Assembly (NCBI RefSeq): GCF_000143415.4
Contig: NW_003314286.1
Span: forward strand, 697,766 to 761,765
Source: Selaginella moellendorffii
Taxonomy: Eukaryota > Plantae > Lycopodiophyta
DNA length: 64,000 nt
Direction: 5' to 3'
A model generated the notes under the pieces. The model searched no databases. It was given only the letters and a program-made list of their open reading frames with translations, and was not told where the DNA came from. The position numbers were made by a program, and so were the translations under genes. How positions within the stretch are numbered: position 1 is the stretch's first letter; each line of letters starts with the position of its first letter. Of the stretch, positions 21,953 through 34,567 are shown one piece after another.

Positions 21953-22588
21953 GCTTATAATGGCGTGTGCCCTCATGCCATTTACTTGATCACCAAATAC
22001 CTTTTTCCCTTTGCACTAGTATATCTTAATACCGGTCTGAGAAATAGAATGGCATGTGTCCTCAGGCCTTTTACTAAATCACCTTTGAAAGAAATGCAAG
22101 CCTCTATGTCGTAAAAAAAAGGTACTAGAGAAATTCCTTAATAATATGAATGTTATTTAGTTTCATGAAAATACACTAAGGGTCAAATGAGTTAAATGAC
22201 TTCTCCAGACTAGCAATGCCTCTTGCTACACCTTCACAATTAGATTCGTTAGAAAAAGATAACATTGAATAATATCTAAATGTTCTCACCATTAAGTTAT
22301 ATGTCTAGCTAATAGGAATGACGTTCATCTTGGAAAGCTCACCACACGCTCAATGAACAAACAAATAGTGTGTGCGCGCATGCCATCGCTCTTCTTTAGC
22401 TTCAAATTCGGCTTGTTTACCTTGACAATGAGATTTATTATACAACCAGATGGACACAGTCTGGACATAAAGTCACCACGCTAGTCATCATGCCCCAGAT
22501 ATGTCTAGCCCCTGGACAAAAAACATATAATTTCACGTCATTTTCAAATACTTGAAAATTTGTACCTAGTCCCATTTTACTGAATAAA

Positions 22589-22612
22589 TCCCACTTTAAC
22601 GAAATAGAGCTT
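22589..22612 (-). repeat. Right terminal inverted repeat (24 bp)
   Basis: Pairs with 8750-8773; followed by TTAT. Confidence 0.88.
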
Positions 22613-23399
22613 TTATTAAGGTCTATTAAAATAGTTTTTTGATGCATGGTTTCTATGGTCTTAAGTAAGCAATACCAATAATGGTTGGATTTGGGCAATT
22701 TAAACTTTTCCCCAATGAAGCCATTTCCATTTTTGGATTGTTATTTACTGCTTCATCATCTCCCTCAACACTATTATTTTCTCAACTTTCTTTTAATTTT
22801 AAAATATTTTAAAAAGGAATCTCTAAGATTCCTTAAAGATTCTAGTGCCTTGATTAGGGTGTGTCAGATTTTTTGCCATGAGCTGGGATTGCCATGAGCT
22901 TGGGCATTGATGGCAGGGGAACTGACAGCAGTCATTGCTAAAGTAGGCTCCCTAGGGTTAGATCATGTTGGGGATTCGGTGGAGGAAGGAGGAGCAACTG
23001 ATTTTGGGGAAGGAGGAGTTGTAAGGTTTGATGAGAAGATAGTGCGGGTTTGGGGCAGTGGCATCCAGTGCAGAGGTGCTGCACGTGAAGTGAGGAGCAA
23101 TTGTGGTGGAGGAGCATCCGAGGTTGAAGGACAGGCACCAGGCCCAGTTGTCACTCAAGGAGGCAGGCTGCCTCGGGGTCAAGGCTGTGGAGATGCTGAG
23201 CTTGTAGATCTTGGCCTCAATCAAGATGAACCCGAAGCTAAAGCATGAGGAACTGTAGCACAAGGAGCTGGAGCCTCTCCCCCCATGGTTTCTAGAACTT
23301 GATTGTTCTCCAAATTCTCTTCTATGACAACCAACGAGGTAAAGCTTCATCCCGAGTTTAGCTCATAGTTTGTAGGAGAGTGGTTTCGGGTTTAAGGTG

Positions 23400-24312
23400 G
23401 CGAAGCAGGTAACTTGGAGCAAAAGCAATCACCAGGACAGCAGTACATGCAACTATGGTTTCATAACTTGGAGGAGCAGGACGACATTGCCATTGAACAG
23501 AAGGCAGAAGAAAGAGGAGGGTGATGACGACGAGGAAGGGGAGGTGAGTGTTCATATTGCAAAGAAAGTGAGGAAGAAACGCAAGAAAAATTGGGGGGAT
23601 GATGAGACGGCTTCCCTCATTGACTTCAAATGGGAAGATCACCTTGGAAAGATTGGGGCAGTGCGGGTAGCAAGGAGACGATGTTGACAATAACTGTTCG
23701 TTGGAAGAGAATTGTGAAAAAGATGTAGGTTGCTGGCATGCAGCAGGACTGGAAGGCTTGCCGGACTCACTGGAACAACCTTTGCAATGACTATAAGTGC
23801 ATTTGCGATCTCCAAAGGAAAATTGGGACCCTAATTACTTCAGCTTGAGCCACAAGGATGCAAAGTGGCTTATGTCAGTGAAGCTGAACTTGAAGGTGTT
23901 CCTAGTCAAGTACTTCAACATACTAGATGAATTCTTGGTGAAGAAGGCATCGAATTCTCCAACATTTTTTGCTGATTCAGATGCTCTAGAGGAGGAAGCT
24001 CACAAGGAGGATCCCACAGATGGTGTTGATCCTCCTGGAGATGCTACACAGGTGCCAGAGAGTTCAGGGAAGTGAAAGAACCTGAAAAAGGCCAAGAAAA
24101 GCATGAACACTTTGCTCGGTGAAGGGAATGCCCTCGCTGCTACTTAAAATGAGCAGAATTTAGTGTGGCAAAAAGAAAGCATTATTTGCATGAAGAAGAA
24201 TAGCCTGGCTGAGAAAGAGAAGGCTGCAATTGCAACAATTTTAGCTAGAGCCATCTCCAACCTTGCAAGCTCCATCTCCAACTTCTTGAATGGGGCTACA
24301 TCCAAGAGTTAG
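23400..24312 (+). mobile_element. PIF/Harbinger Myb/SANT (trihelix-like) ORF, decayed
   Basis: KKNWGDDETASLI..RWKRI..WKACRTHWNNLCNDYK with stops and frameshifts; adjacent to a Harbinger transposase. Confidence 0.75.
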
Positions 24313-24589
24313 CCGTCTTGTTTTCGGGATTTTAGGGGGATGTTAATTATTAATATTAAAATAAACTATGTTTAGGCTATGATATTCTAGATTTCTTCTA
24401 ACCATTTTTTTTCTTTTAGGATCTTGTTCTTCTACAAGTTTTGTTTCTCATCATGAAGGCTTTTTGATCCATTATCGATGACAAGACTTTAGTGGCACAA
24501 ATCCTTCTGGACAAGGAGGAGGACAAAGACAAGCTTCGTCAAACAGTCTTGTCCAAGCGACTTGACACCAATCTCTAGTGAGTGAAGCC

Positions 24590-25700
24590 GTAGTATATAA
24601 CAGCATGGAGCAAATTCTTCATAGAGTTGTATGACCTCGGTTGATGGAAGTGGAAGTTAAGGATGGAGAAGATGACATTTCTTTGGGCTTTGTGGCATTC
24701 TGGAGGCTGAAAGCTGCAAGCAAGATACAAAGTTTAGGAGAGCAGTGCTAATGGATGTTCATTTAGGGGTCACCTTGTACAAGTTCTTCAAGAACACTAA
24801 CTACTCAAACCTATCTAACAAGTTTGGGATTGGGGAAGCCATTGCACATGACATTGTGGTGCAAACAATTGCTGCAATTGTCAAGTGCCTTGGATACAAG
24901 ATTCAATTCCTAGAGACAGCAATGGAGGTTAGAGCTATGGTGGTAGAGTTTTAACAAATCACCAAAACCGTCTCCCTAATGTGGCTAGGGCAATTGACTA
25001 TACATATTTCAAGATTATCCGACCAATTGGCCCAGATGGTGAGGGCTACTTTGATCAAAAGCAATGGTACTTGGTGATCTTGTAGGGGGTTTGCGATGCT
25101 CAGAAAAGGTTCTTGAGTACCTATGTAGGTTGGTTAGGTAATTACTTTTAATTTTTTCCTTCTATGTTTATTTTTTTTCCCAAGGAGTGTTCATGACATG
25201 AGGGTTTTTTGGAACTCTAGGCTATGCCACAAGATCCAAGCAAGAGAATTACTAACAGTTCCTCGGGAGTTTGCTTTTGATGAGTGGATTGAGCCGTACT
25301 TGGTGGGCGACAAAAGTTACTAGCTGCAATAGCATTTGATGATCCCTCACTTAGGTAAGCTGATTGTTTTGTTTTTTTTTTTTTTCAATTATTCATTTGA
25401 AACAAGTTCCCGATTGACAGTGATTGAGGCGGAGTACAACCAACAACACTATCTAGCCTGGATTGTTATTGAACAACTATTTAGACTTTTGAAAATGAAA
25501 TTTAAATGCTTGGATCAAAAACAAAGGATCAAGCTGAAATATCTACCATACATCATCAAATGTTGTTGCATCTTGCACAACTTCTTGATTAATGTTGGTG
25601 AGACAAACATCAATGCCAAGATCAAGGCGTAAAAGAAATACATTCAAGCCTTGAAGGAAGTAGAGATTTTCAAATATTACAAGGATCTTGTCAAATGTGC
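24590..25700 (+). mobile_element. PIF/Harbinger (DDE_Tnp_4, HARBI1-like) transposase, decayed
   Basis: LPNVARAID, GVCDAQKRFL, SVHDMRVF, YLVGDKSY, IEQLFRLLKMKFKCL and CCILHNF, with many stops. Confidence 0.88.
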
Positions 25701-26067
25701 AAATGCAATGGTCACAAAAATTAAAATACACATTTTAAAATATTTTTATATAACTTGCAAATGCAAATAGCTCTATTCATTCATTCATATACTGTTTTAA
25801 GTGGCCCACACCCACTATATTGAAAATCTCACACATTGATTTTGAGTTTTCCATAGATGCCCGATTACAATACTCCCATGGCGAGATCTCACATAATCAG
25901 AAACCTTGACGTTGCTCGCCATGGGAGTTCATGTAAGACGATTGGACCTGACAAGGTTTTGCAAAACCACTACATTTCTTTCTTAAACTTCTTTTTGTTT
26001 CTTCAGGGTATTAGATCAAGTAGTGTCAATGGTTGCGAGGTCTCAACAACAGTGGCATGGATCTACC

Positions 26068-26177
26068 CTTAATTGCAGAAAACTAGAGATCGTTGTACAA
26101 GCTCCATGAGGGGGAAACTCTCCCATTTAGCAATTTCAAAGTTCCACCAGTTGGAATATAAGTTGTAGTCAAACGGG
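26068..26177 (-). pseudogene. Actinoporin-like gene fragment
   Basis: Encodes PFDYNLYSNWWNFE and, after a frameshift, NGRVSPSWSLYNDL; diverged from 5597-6259. Confidence 0.85.
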
Positions 26178-27379
26178 AGCGCCGGCCAGCCAGCGGCGCC
26201 ACCAATAATGGCGCCAGGGGCTTGGAGCAGCATGGCGGGGCTATGCCCAGGGCGACACCAAGGCGGCGGCGGAGCATGAAACAAGTAATCCAGATAGTGA
26301 TTGGATCCGATCACTGCGAACTGTGTTTAAGGAGAATCCTGTATGTAGCGCATTCCCGACGAGATTTTCTATGGGAATTGAGCGAGCTGGGGAAAAATGC
26401 AAAGGGGGAAGAGCCCAGCCGGGAAGCAGAAGCTGACGCGGCATTGTATCTTTCGTCTACACAAAAACGTTTGAGCAAAACCAAAAAAAAAATCTTTTTG
26501 CCATGGCCACCCTTTCATCTCATCTAGAGTTTTGAGAGAGCTTCTTGCACCGAGACGGGGTGGAGCGAGAAGCCGCCTCGTCTCGTCTTTCTCTAGATAT
26601 TTAGTGGCAGGCAAATTTCAGAGCTCTGTCGGTGCTGGATTCTTCTCCCGGAGCATTCCACTCCCGACGAGAGACAAAACCTGCAAACGCACTGATTACT
26701 TTTGACACAGGTAAATGATCCATGCCACTATTGAGGCACAACGGTTGACACTTGGAGAAAACCCTGAAGAAACAAAAAAGAAGTTCATAATTGCTGCCGA
26801 TGGCGACTCCGGGAATCCGGCATATGCCACTGCTGATGTGAGAAAATATTTTTGTAGCGCTTTGCTTACAAGCACTGTGACAGATTATGCTGCGGAGACT
26901 GCCACTCACAAAGCCATTGAAGTTTCTAGGAGATTGATACAAGTAAGAACAGAAAAGCGTCAGGGTTCTAATTGAGTTCTTTCGTTTTTCAGCTCGAGAG
27001 CCAGAGGAACGTGGATTTAATCGGTGGAGCTGACACAGTCGTGGGGCTTCACGTAAGAAATGTCTTTTCTTTTTCTCATCCCTGGCGTGAGACGCTGTGT
27101 AGGGAATGACTGTGGAGAAGCCTCGCAATGAGAAAGACGCCTGTTGAGCGGTACGTCTATCGTTTTGCAACTCACACAAAAAAGGAGTTTCCACAAGCCG
27201 ACAACACAAAGTTTACACAGGAGTTGTGATTCTCCTGCCGCATGCCACAGGTTCTCTAGATTTGCTTCCCTATCTCTGTCGGGCCCTCGTTTCAATCCAG
27301 GTTTCTAGATCCCGCTCTCGGACAGGCACCATTGTTACGATCATTCTACGAGGAGACTGCTGTAAAATAAGTTAGCGTG

Positions 27380-30300
27380 TGTGGGAGTGAACAAGACCAC
27401 GTCAGCACACAGCCACGTGAGCGATCCAGACGCCGCCACGGATCGTCACGATAAACCCATACATTTAACCATGTATTAACCGTCATAATAATAACACAAC
27501 ACCGTTTCATAATACAACATGGTATCGGAGCAGCGAACGATCTAATGGCAAGAGGACAGTGGCAGATGAAGAATCAAAGGGGCCAGGAACCTTTGGCTCA
27601 GGAGCGCGCGAGGGCTTTGGCAGTGCTGGCGCGGGTGGAGCGGAAGATCCAGGAGCGAAAGCGCCAACAAGCTCTTTGCCCAGCCTGCCGGAAGGTGTGC
27701 CCTTGTTGCGGCCGAGTTTTTCACGATTCTTCTCCGCGCCGTCCTTTCTAAATTCTCTGTTTAATCTATTCTTAGATTAATAGATAGAATGTCTTCTGCT
27801 AACGCAGCAGGAAATTCTTGGGACTCTGGGGGCTGGGAGAAACTTCTGCAAAAGTTCACGGGACAGAATTTCTCGACTTGGAAAACAAAAGTACAGCTTA
27901 TCCTTTTGGCCAAGGACTGCTGGCCTATAGTGGATGGAACGACTCAACGTCCGGCTGCTGCGGATGTAACCCAAGGGCTCGACTGGGACTCCAAGAATCG
28001 AAAAGCGCTCTCTGTCATCGGGTTAGGTCTTGGGGATGAATCCTTGATCTTACCAAAACAGCCCACCAGAACTGGACATCCCTTACACAAATCTTCGCTG
28101 CCAAAGCTGCCAATGCTAAGGTGGTGCTAACACAAAGGTTCTTCACGATGAGAATGCAACCTGATGACACTATGGCCACTTACATTGGAAAGTTTAAAGC
28201 GATGGTCACCGAGCTGAAGGACGCGGAAGCGGCAATCACCATTGATCAAGCTAAGGCATTCCTTCTGAGCTCTGTCTCCCCTGATCTCCAACCTTTCGCA
28301 TCGATGCTCTCGGCTGTGCCTGGAAAGGACTTGGACTCGCTCTACTTGGACCTGATCGAGGAAGAACGCAAGCAGAACGAGCGGAGACAAAAGGCGCCCT
28401 CTCAGGCTGCTCGGGTGGAGCAGGCCTTGTTCATGGGAAAGCAATCGGGTGGGAAGATGGCCCTGTTCGAGGACAAAAGAGCCCTTCTCCCAGCCCTGGA
28501 TTTGCAACAGATAAAAAACGCAAGGGCCCATGTAACTACTTGGCCACGTGGAGCGTGAATGCCGGATCAAGAAAGCCGCAGAGAAAGCTCGCACTGAAAG
28601 AAGCTCTTCTTCACGCCAACCTGACACGATGTTGATGATGACGCTCACTGCATCTTCATCCACTGTGTCCGAAGCCGAAGTGCTCTGGATGGATTCTGGA
28701 GCCTTGATGCACCTCACACCATTGAAGAGAGCTTTTCACAAGTACTGGCCACTGGAGCAGGAGAAGCAAGTCTTTGTAGGAGACAAATGCCCCTTAACAG
28801 TGGAAGGACAAGGAAGGACAAGGAACGGTCATCATAAAGTTGGAGAGTGGAGCTGAGAAGCTCGTGAACTAGGTCTACTACGTAGGACAGACAGTGTTCT
28901 CAGTTGGTGTAGTAGCAGATCAAGGCTTCTCAACACTCTTCAACGCAGACGGATGCACATCTTTGACGAGACTGGCCATCCAGTAGCTTTTGGTAGACGA
29001 GCTGAGACTCTCTACAAGCTCAATGTTCAGTTGATCCTCTCAACTCACGAGCAGGGGCATTTGTTTGCAATTTGCCCCAGCTCTTGGACTGCCAACTCTC
29101 TCCAGCTCTAGCACGCTTGGCTAGGGCATGCCAATTCTCACGACATCCAGCTACTTGTTAGCCACAAGCTTGCTGATGACTTTACCCTCACCGGTGCCAG
29201 CCAACTAGGAGTACGTGAAACGTGCCAACTGGGGAAGCAGCCAAGACTACCCTTTCCACGCAGAAGTCCAGAAGATGGCGCCTCAGGATTTCTTCAGCTG
29301 GTACACACGGATGTGTGCCATGTGCCAGAAGCAACTCTCAGTCACAAGCGGTACTTCGTTTCGTTCATTGACGACTACTCACGCTATGCGGTGGCTGTTC
29401 CCATGGCACACAAGGGAGAGGTCTACCATCACTTCCAGGTCTACAAAAGCTGGGCAGAAAATGCCACTGGCTGTACCATCCAGACACTACGCTCAGATGG
29501 CGGCGGTGAGTATAGGAGCAATGAGTTTCTGGCATTTCTTGCTCAGGCTGGAATCCACCACGAGTACACCGCAGCCCACACCTCGCAGCAGAATGGGGTC
29601 AGGAGACACCGCATCGCTCATGGCGTCTTGCAGCATGCTCTAGGCGCTGCTACCTGGTGACCATGAACCAGTAAGTGTGGATCCATCCTCTAGTGGGTGT
29701 TGATCTTTTCGGGATGAGTGACCGGCTACAGATCTCTGACCAAAGTTTCTCCAGCTTGAAGGAGGAGCAGGTTTGGTGTCGGACATCGAGGAGGACAGGC
29801 AGCTTCTATGGATTCACCGAGCGCCTGAACAGGACACTTATGGACTGTGTACGCTGCCTCGCTGGCATGCCCAAGGTGTTTTGGGGAGAGGCACTCAACA
29901 CCTCCTGCCAGATCGCCTCCTTCGGGCGCTCCTTCAGCAACTCCTCCTGGCTCTGCATCGGCTACTAATCTCAGCTGCAGAATTGGATCTCGAGCTCCAT
30001 CAACTTGACGTTTGTACTGCGTTCCTTAATGGCGACATCGATGAAGAGGTGTATGTGGCTCAGCCTCCTGGTTTTATCCAGCCTGGAGAAGAACACCTCG
30101 TTTGCAAGCTTAACAAAGCTCTCTACGGACTCAAGCAGTCGCCACGCCAATGGTACACGAAAATAGATTCTTTTCTAATTTCCCTTGGTTTCGTGCGCAG
30201 TGCTGCTGATTGTAACCTCTACATATATTTTGACGCTGGGCTATTTGTTCCTTGCGCTATATGTGGACGATGCTATTCTCGTGGCAAATCAGCTACGTTT

Positions 30301-31389
30301 GATCCACAAATTTAAAACGTACCTTGGCGCTAAATTTGCCATGAAAGACCTCGGTGAGTTGCATTTCTGCCTCGGTATCCAGGTGACGCGCAACAGGGAA
30401 CGAGGCACTCTGGAGCTAAGCCAGGCAAAATATGTTTCCGACGTGCTCCAGAGGTATGGCCTTGCTCGTGTTAATCCGGTTGCTACTCCCATGGAAACAG
30501 GCACGAAATTATCTGCTGAGAGTGGAGAGTACTTTGATCAATCTCCCGAGGAGGAGAAAGCATCTAGAGCAGTCTATCGCTCTATGGTCGGCAGCCTGAT
30601 CTACCTGGTAATCTCCACTCGGCCTGACCTTGCATATGCTGTGGGAACAGTGGCGAAGTACCTGGACCGTCCCTCCACAGCACACTGGCAGGCTTTGAAA
30701 CGTATTATGAGGTACGTGGCAGGGACTAACCAGCTAACTTTAAAGTACTCCAGAGGCCAAAGCGGCAACAAGCTGGCTGGTTACTCTGATGCTGATTGGG
30801 CCGGGGATCCAGACAACAGGAAGTCAACCACAGGCTACGTTTTCCTGCTAAATGGAAATGTCGCAAGCTGGTGCAGCAAACGACAGGCTATTACAGCGAT
30901 GTCGAGTACCGAGGCTGAGTACATAGCTGCAGCAGCTGCAACCAAGGAAGCAGCGTGGCTGAAGGGACTTCTCCAGGATCTACAAATCAACACGGGCGTG
31001 GTCAAGCTATTGTGTGACAACCAGTCTGCAATAGCTTTGACCAAGAACTCCAGGTTCCACTCTCGTACTAAACACATTGACCTGCGCTTCCATTTTATAC
31101 GAGAGCAGATCCAGAGAGGAATGATCGAGCTGGAGTTCTGCCCGACAAACTCCATGCTAGCGGACGTGCTAACAAAACCACTTCCTCGTGTTAAACATGA
31201 AGTCTTCACGAAGGCTCCTGGGCTGACTTTAGACGTTGGCCTTGAGGAGTGTGGGAGTGAACAAGACCACGTCAGCACACAGCCACGTGAGCGATCCAGA
31301 CGCCGCCACGGATCGTCACGATAAACCCATACATTTAACCATGTATCAACCGTCATAATAATAACACAACACCGTTTCATAATACAACA
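27380..31389 (+). mobile_element. Ty1/Copia LTR retrotransposon, copy 2 (both LTRs present, internally deleted)
   Basis: 140-bp LTRs at 27380-27519 and 31250-31389 (1 mismatch), 5-bp TSD GCGTG, PBS TGGTATCGGAGC. gag-PR-INT-RT (LYVDD)-RNase H (YSDADWA) with frameshifts. Confidence 0.97.
27520..27531 (+). promoter_or_regulatory. Primer binding site (tRNA-iMet type)
   Basis: TGGTATCGGAGC directly after the 5' LTR; one mismatch to the canonical TGGTATCAGAGC. Confidence 0.9.
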
Positions 31390-31755
31390 GCGTGCTCTCG
31401 AGCTCTCAAGTTTTCCCCTCTTCTTACTGAAGGTGGAGTTTGGTAGTCACTACCATCACAGCATACATTGCGAAAGCTGGCTCTTATGGCATCCAGGTTC
31501 CTTATCCTTTTCGTAATTCATTCAATGCCTTGCAGGACGTGGGTGCCTCACTCGTCAAGTCCGTCAATGGATGCTTCTACAACGTCGTTGGCTTCCCAAT
31601 CCACTGGTGAGTAGTCTCCACGCCTCCTCCCCTTGCGTAGATGTCTCATGAGCAAAATAAACTACCTAATAAAATATTATATATTATACTTAGTTAATAC
31701 AATATTTTTTAATTTTTTTTGTAGCTGATATTTTCCTCTTTCTCTTCAAAATATT

Positions 31756-32090
31756 TTAGTGTAGTGTTATATCCAGAACTGGAGTGCCAGAGTGTCCCAT
31801 AGACCCCTAAAACTTCCGTCCATTAGTAACGCGAGAGACAAAGTTGCTATCACCCTTAATTGCAGAATTTGTGTAATAGAGATTGTTGAACAAGCTGCTT
31901 GAGGGGGAAACTCTCCCATTTCGCAATTCAAAGTTCCACCAGTTGGAATATAAGTTGTAGTCAAATGGGACACTCCACATGATTGCCGCAGTTCAATTTT
32001 GGGCTGAAAGATAATATGTGATAACCCCAGCAGTGCCTCTTGCCACAGGACCAATTGTCTTGTGAGCTCCAAAGCCGAGTGTGAATTTAT
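31756..32090 (-). pseudogene. Actinoporin-like gene, truncated duplicate (3' half only)
   Basis: Near-identical to 5597-5931, with a GAG>TAG stop near 31808. Homology ends abruptly at 32090. Confidence 0.92.
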
Positions 32091-34567
32091 TAGCGAAGTA
32101 AGAGGTTTCAGAAACGAACACCAAATTATATCATCAACTCAAATGGCCTTTGATGAAGACAATGCAATTGCTAAAAGGCATCATTACAATCGTCAGTATG
32201 TCCAAATGCACATTTGAAGGCGTCCAGGAGAACACTTCAATCCCCACAAGTGGTTGCACTCAAACCATTGTACCACTATAGTGTTATCCCTTGGAAACAT
32301 GTGGGAAACTCAGGCAACTGTTGAGCATCATCCCAAGAATGATATGTGACAATCACTATAAAGTGATCCAATTAATGGTATACATTATCCCCAGAATTCC
32401 CACGAAAGAACTCCGACCGAATACAAGGATTGGCATCAAGAGCAGGAGAAGTTAAACCATATCCCGTAAATGCCACTATCAACTAAATTTAGTTGTTTAA
32501 TTGTTAGCACATAGCATCAAGTAATTGTACCAATTGCTGCTCCAAAATCAAAGAAGGAGATTATTGATCCGCCATGAAGATGAATGAAATAGAAAGAGTA
32601 AAAGGAGAGAAATGACAAAAAGCTAGAAAGAAAGGGAGATCTAGATAATGTAAAAAGCTAGATCGAAACCAAACTCTTGAAAAAAAAGAATAAAAGAAAG
32701 GAAATGGAAAAAACTAAATCTAAACAATGCAAAAGTTAAATTCCAAATCCAAACACTCTTTAGGGACAATCAAAAGGTGCCCCTCACCTCCAATAATGTG
32801 AGTGTTTAAAATAAAGAAAGGGAATACAGAAAATGTGCATATTAATTAGCCTAAAAGCCTTTAGGATCAAATGGTCTAGATTGAATAGCTACCAAAATCC
32901 CATTGTGTTAATATTAGTATACGGCATTGTAGCTGTACATTTGGACCTCACAATATTATATTTTTAAAAGGATGTTTAAAATAAGATAAAAGCTTCTCTT
33001 TACATTAATAATAGAAACCTTAAAAACTTATGAACATGGACAAATGGTTTTAGTTATCACTCTACTTGGTAATGCAACATTTAGTACAAATGGAACAACA
33101 ATACATTCAATATTTTCATTTTGATCAGAAGGAGAGAGAGAGAGAGAGAATTTTAGCAAATGAAATATTAGATAATATATACAAAACAAATTTAATGTTT
33201 AATAATAGTTGATACAAGATATAATTAAAAGATGTGGGATTTTTATTTGAGATGGTAATATAAGGGGAAAAATTAATACCTATTTAAAATAGTCTAGAAC
33301 TTTTAGAACTGCTTTAATAAGAACCATCTCGACTACTTAGCAAAACACACAATTTTTTACAATCAAGAAGAAGAGAATTGTCAAAAGTTTTAGGCTTTTT
33401 CTTTTTAATTTTTTTTATATTTTCTAGTTTGCAAGTTAATCTTTAAAAAAGAAAGCTTACCCTTTTCAATAACAAAACATCTCTTCTTTTTTCTAGTTGA
33501 AAGAGAAAGTTAAAATTCAAATTTATGACTTAAACACCATAACACTTGCATAATGGCCAACAAAAGAGGTTGTTAAGAGTCTAGTCAAGTAATTTGCATT
33601 TTTTACTCTGAGCAATTGTGTCCACTTTCACACTCAACTTACTAGTTATTCATTCTAGTGTTATTAATATAATGAGCCATTGAGCAAGAGCAATACCATG
33701 ATAATTAAATTTTAGCTTGGTGAGTTTATTTATGAGCCTGGATGAAATTTTTACACCATTGTATCACCAAGCTCTCAATTTTCACTATGATATAAATGAT
33801 ACACACTAAAGATAAGGAGGAAAATCTTTTAGCACAGTATTTTACTTAAAATCTTATGGCATTCAGTTGGCTATTGCTCTTAACAATCTCAAAAATCAAG
33901 TTTTTATTTATACAGGTTAGTAAAATAAATTGCAACCATTAAAAATTGAAACCTTGGAATCTAAACCGTTGAAACAACAAAAAAAAGAGAATATACCAAC
34001 TAAAATAGATTTAAAATTCAATAGTCACTTGCAAATAAACTTCCATAGTTATGAGCTTGCTCACTCCCCAAGAATCCTCACTTCCTTAAATCAAACTTAA
34101 ATTTCCAATTATTTGATAATCACAGTCACATTCACATTACCCAAAGCTTATTGACCTCCCAGAATGAAAAAAAACTCTTTAGAACAAACATAGTCTAATT
34201 AAAAATCTTATTGTTGATTCTGTGTTACTTACTCTTTAACAATGCTCCTTTCAAGTTGCCATAAACATGCAACTCGATCTTTGAAACATGTGGTAAACAG
34301 TTAGATTAGATTATCAAACCTAGTTACTTTTCTTAAGATATTCCCATGTATCTTTGTCTTGAGTAAGAACTCATTGTGATTTTTGTGCGAACTCTAAGTT
34401 TCATATGCCAAGCATACTTCCATTCCTTAATTAATTAAAAGGAATTTGACAGTTCACAGATCAACTTATTTCAACAGTTTGTGCACTAATCTCAACGGAG
34501 TGGAAGTCCCCTGCCACTGGGTCTTGGTGCCAGTTGTTTGTGTCATCTGTTTAAAAAACCAAACCGT

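Larger units (their letters stand above)
9136..22386. repeat. Dispersed family of ~28 22-bp palindromes, consensus ATGGCRTGNGGCCNCAYGCCAT
   Basis: Copies start near 9136, 10213, 10288, 11659, 11800, 13290, 14567, 14627, 14704, 15494, 15629, 15788, 15867, 16724, 16796, 17411, 17509 (perfect ATGGCATGAGGCCTCATGCCAT), 17670, 17706, 17776, 19655, 19712, 21054, 21200, 21359, 21553, 21960, 22049 and 22365. Confidence 0.92.
8750..22612. mobile_element. Complete ~13.9 kb cut-and-paste DNA transposon (Sola-like) with accessory gene
   Basis: Left TIR AAGCTTTATTTCGTTAAAGTGGGA (8750-8773) and right TIR TCCCACTTTAACGAAATAGAGCTT (22589-22612) match at 23/24. TTAT flanks both ends (8746-8749, 22613-22616). 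Internal DDE transposase. Confidence 0.88.
26880..31610 (+). pseudogene. Maf-like nucleotide pyrophosphatase gene interrupted by the Copia element in an intron
   Basis: Exons DYAAETATHKAIEVSRRL, DLIGGADTVV, EKPRNEKDA, HKVYTGVVIL and SFYEET, then after the element VEFG and KAGSYGIQ|DVGASLVKSVNGCFYNVVGFP. Deletions are evident. Confidence 0.75.

Noticed and set aside
9136-22386. Palindromes as a CRISPR array or as MITEs
   Set aside because: Spacing is irregular (tens of bp to kb) and individual copies show no target duplications.
32100-34500. Long AT-rich stretch
   Set aside because: No ORFs, termini or repeat structure that I could support.
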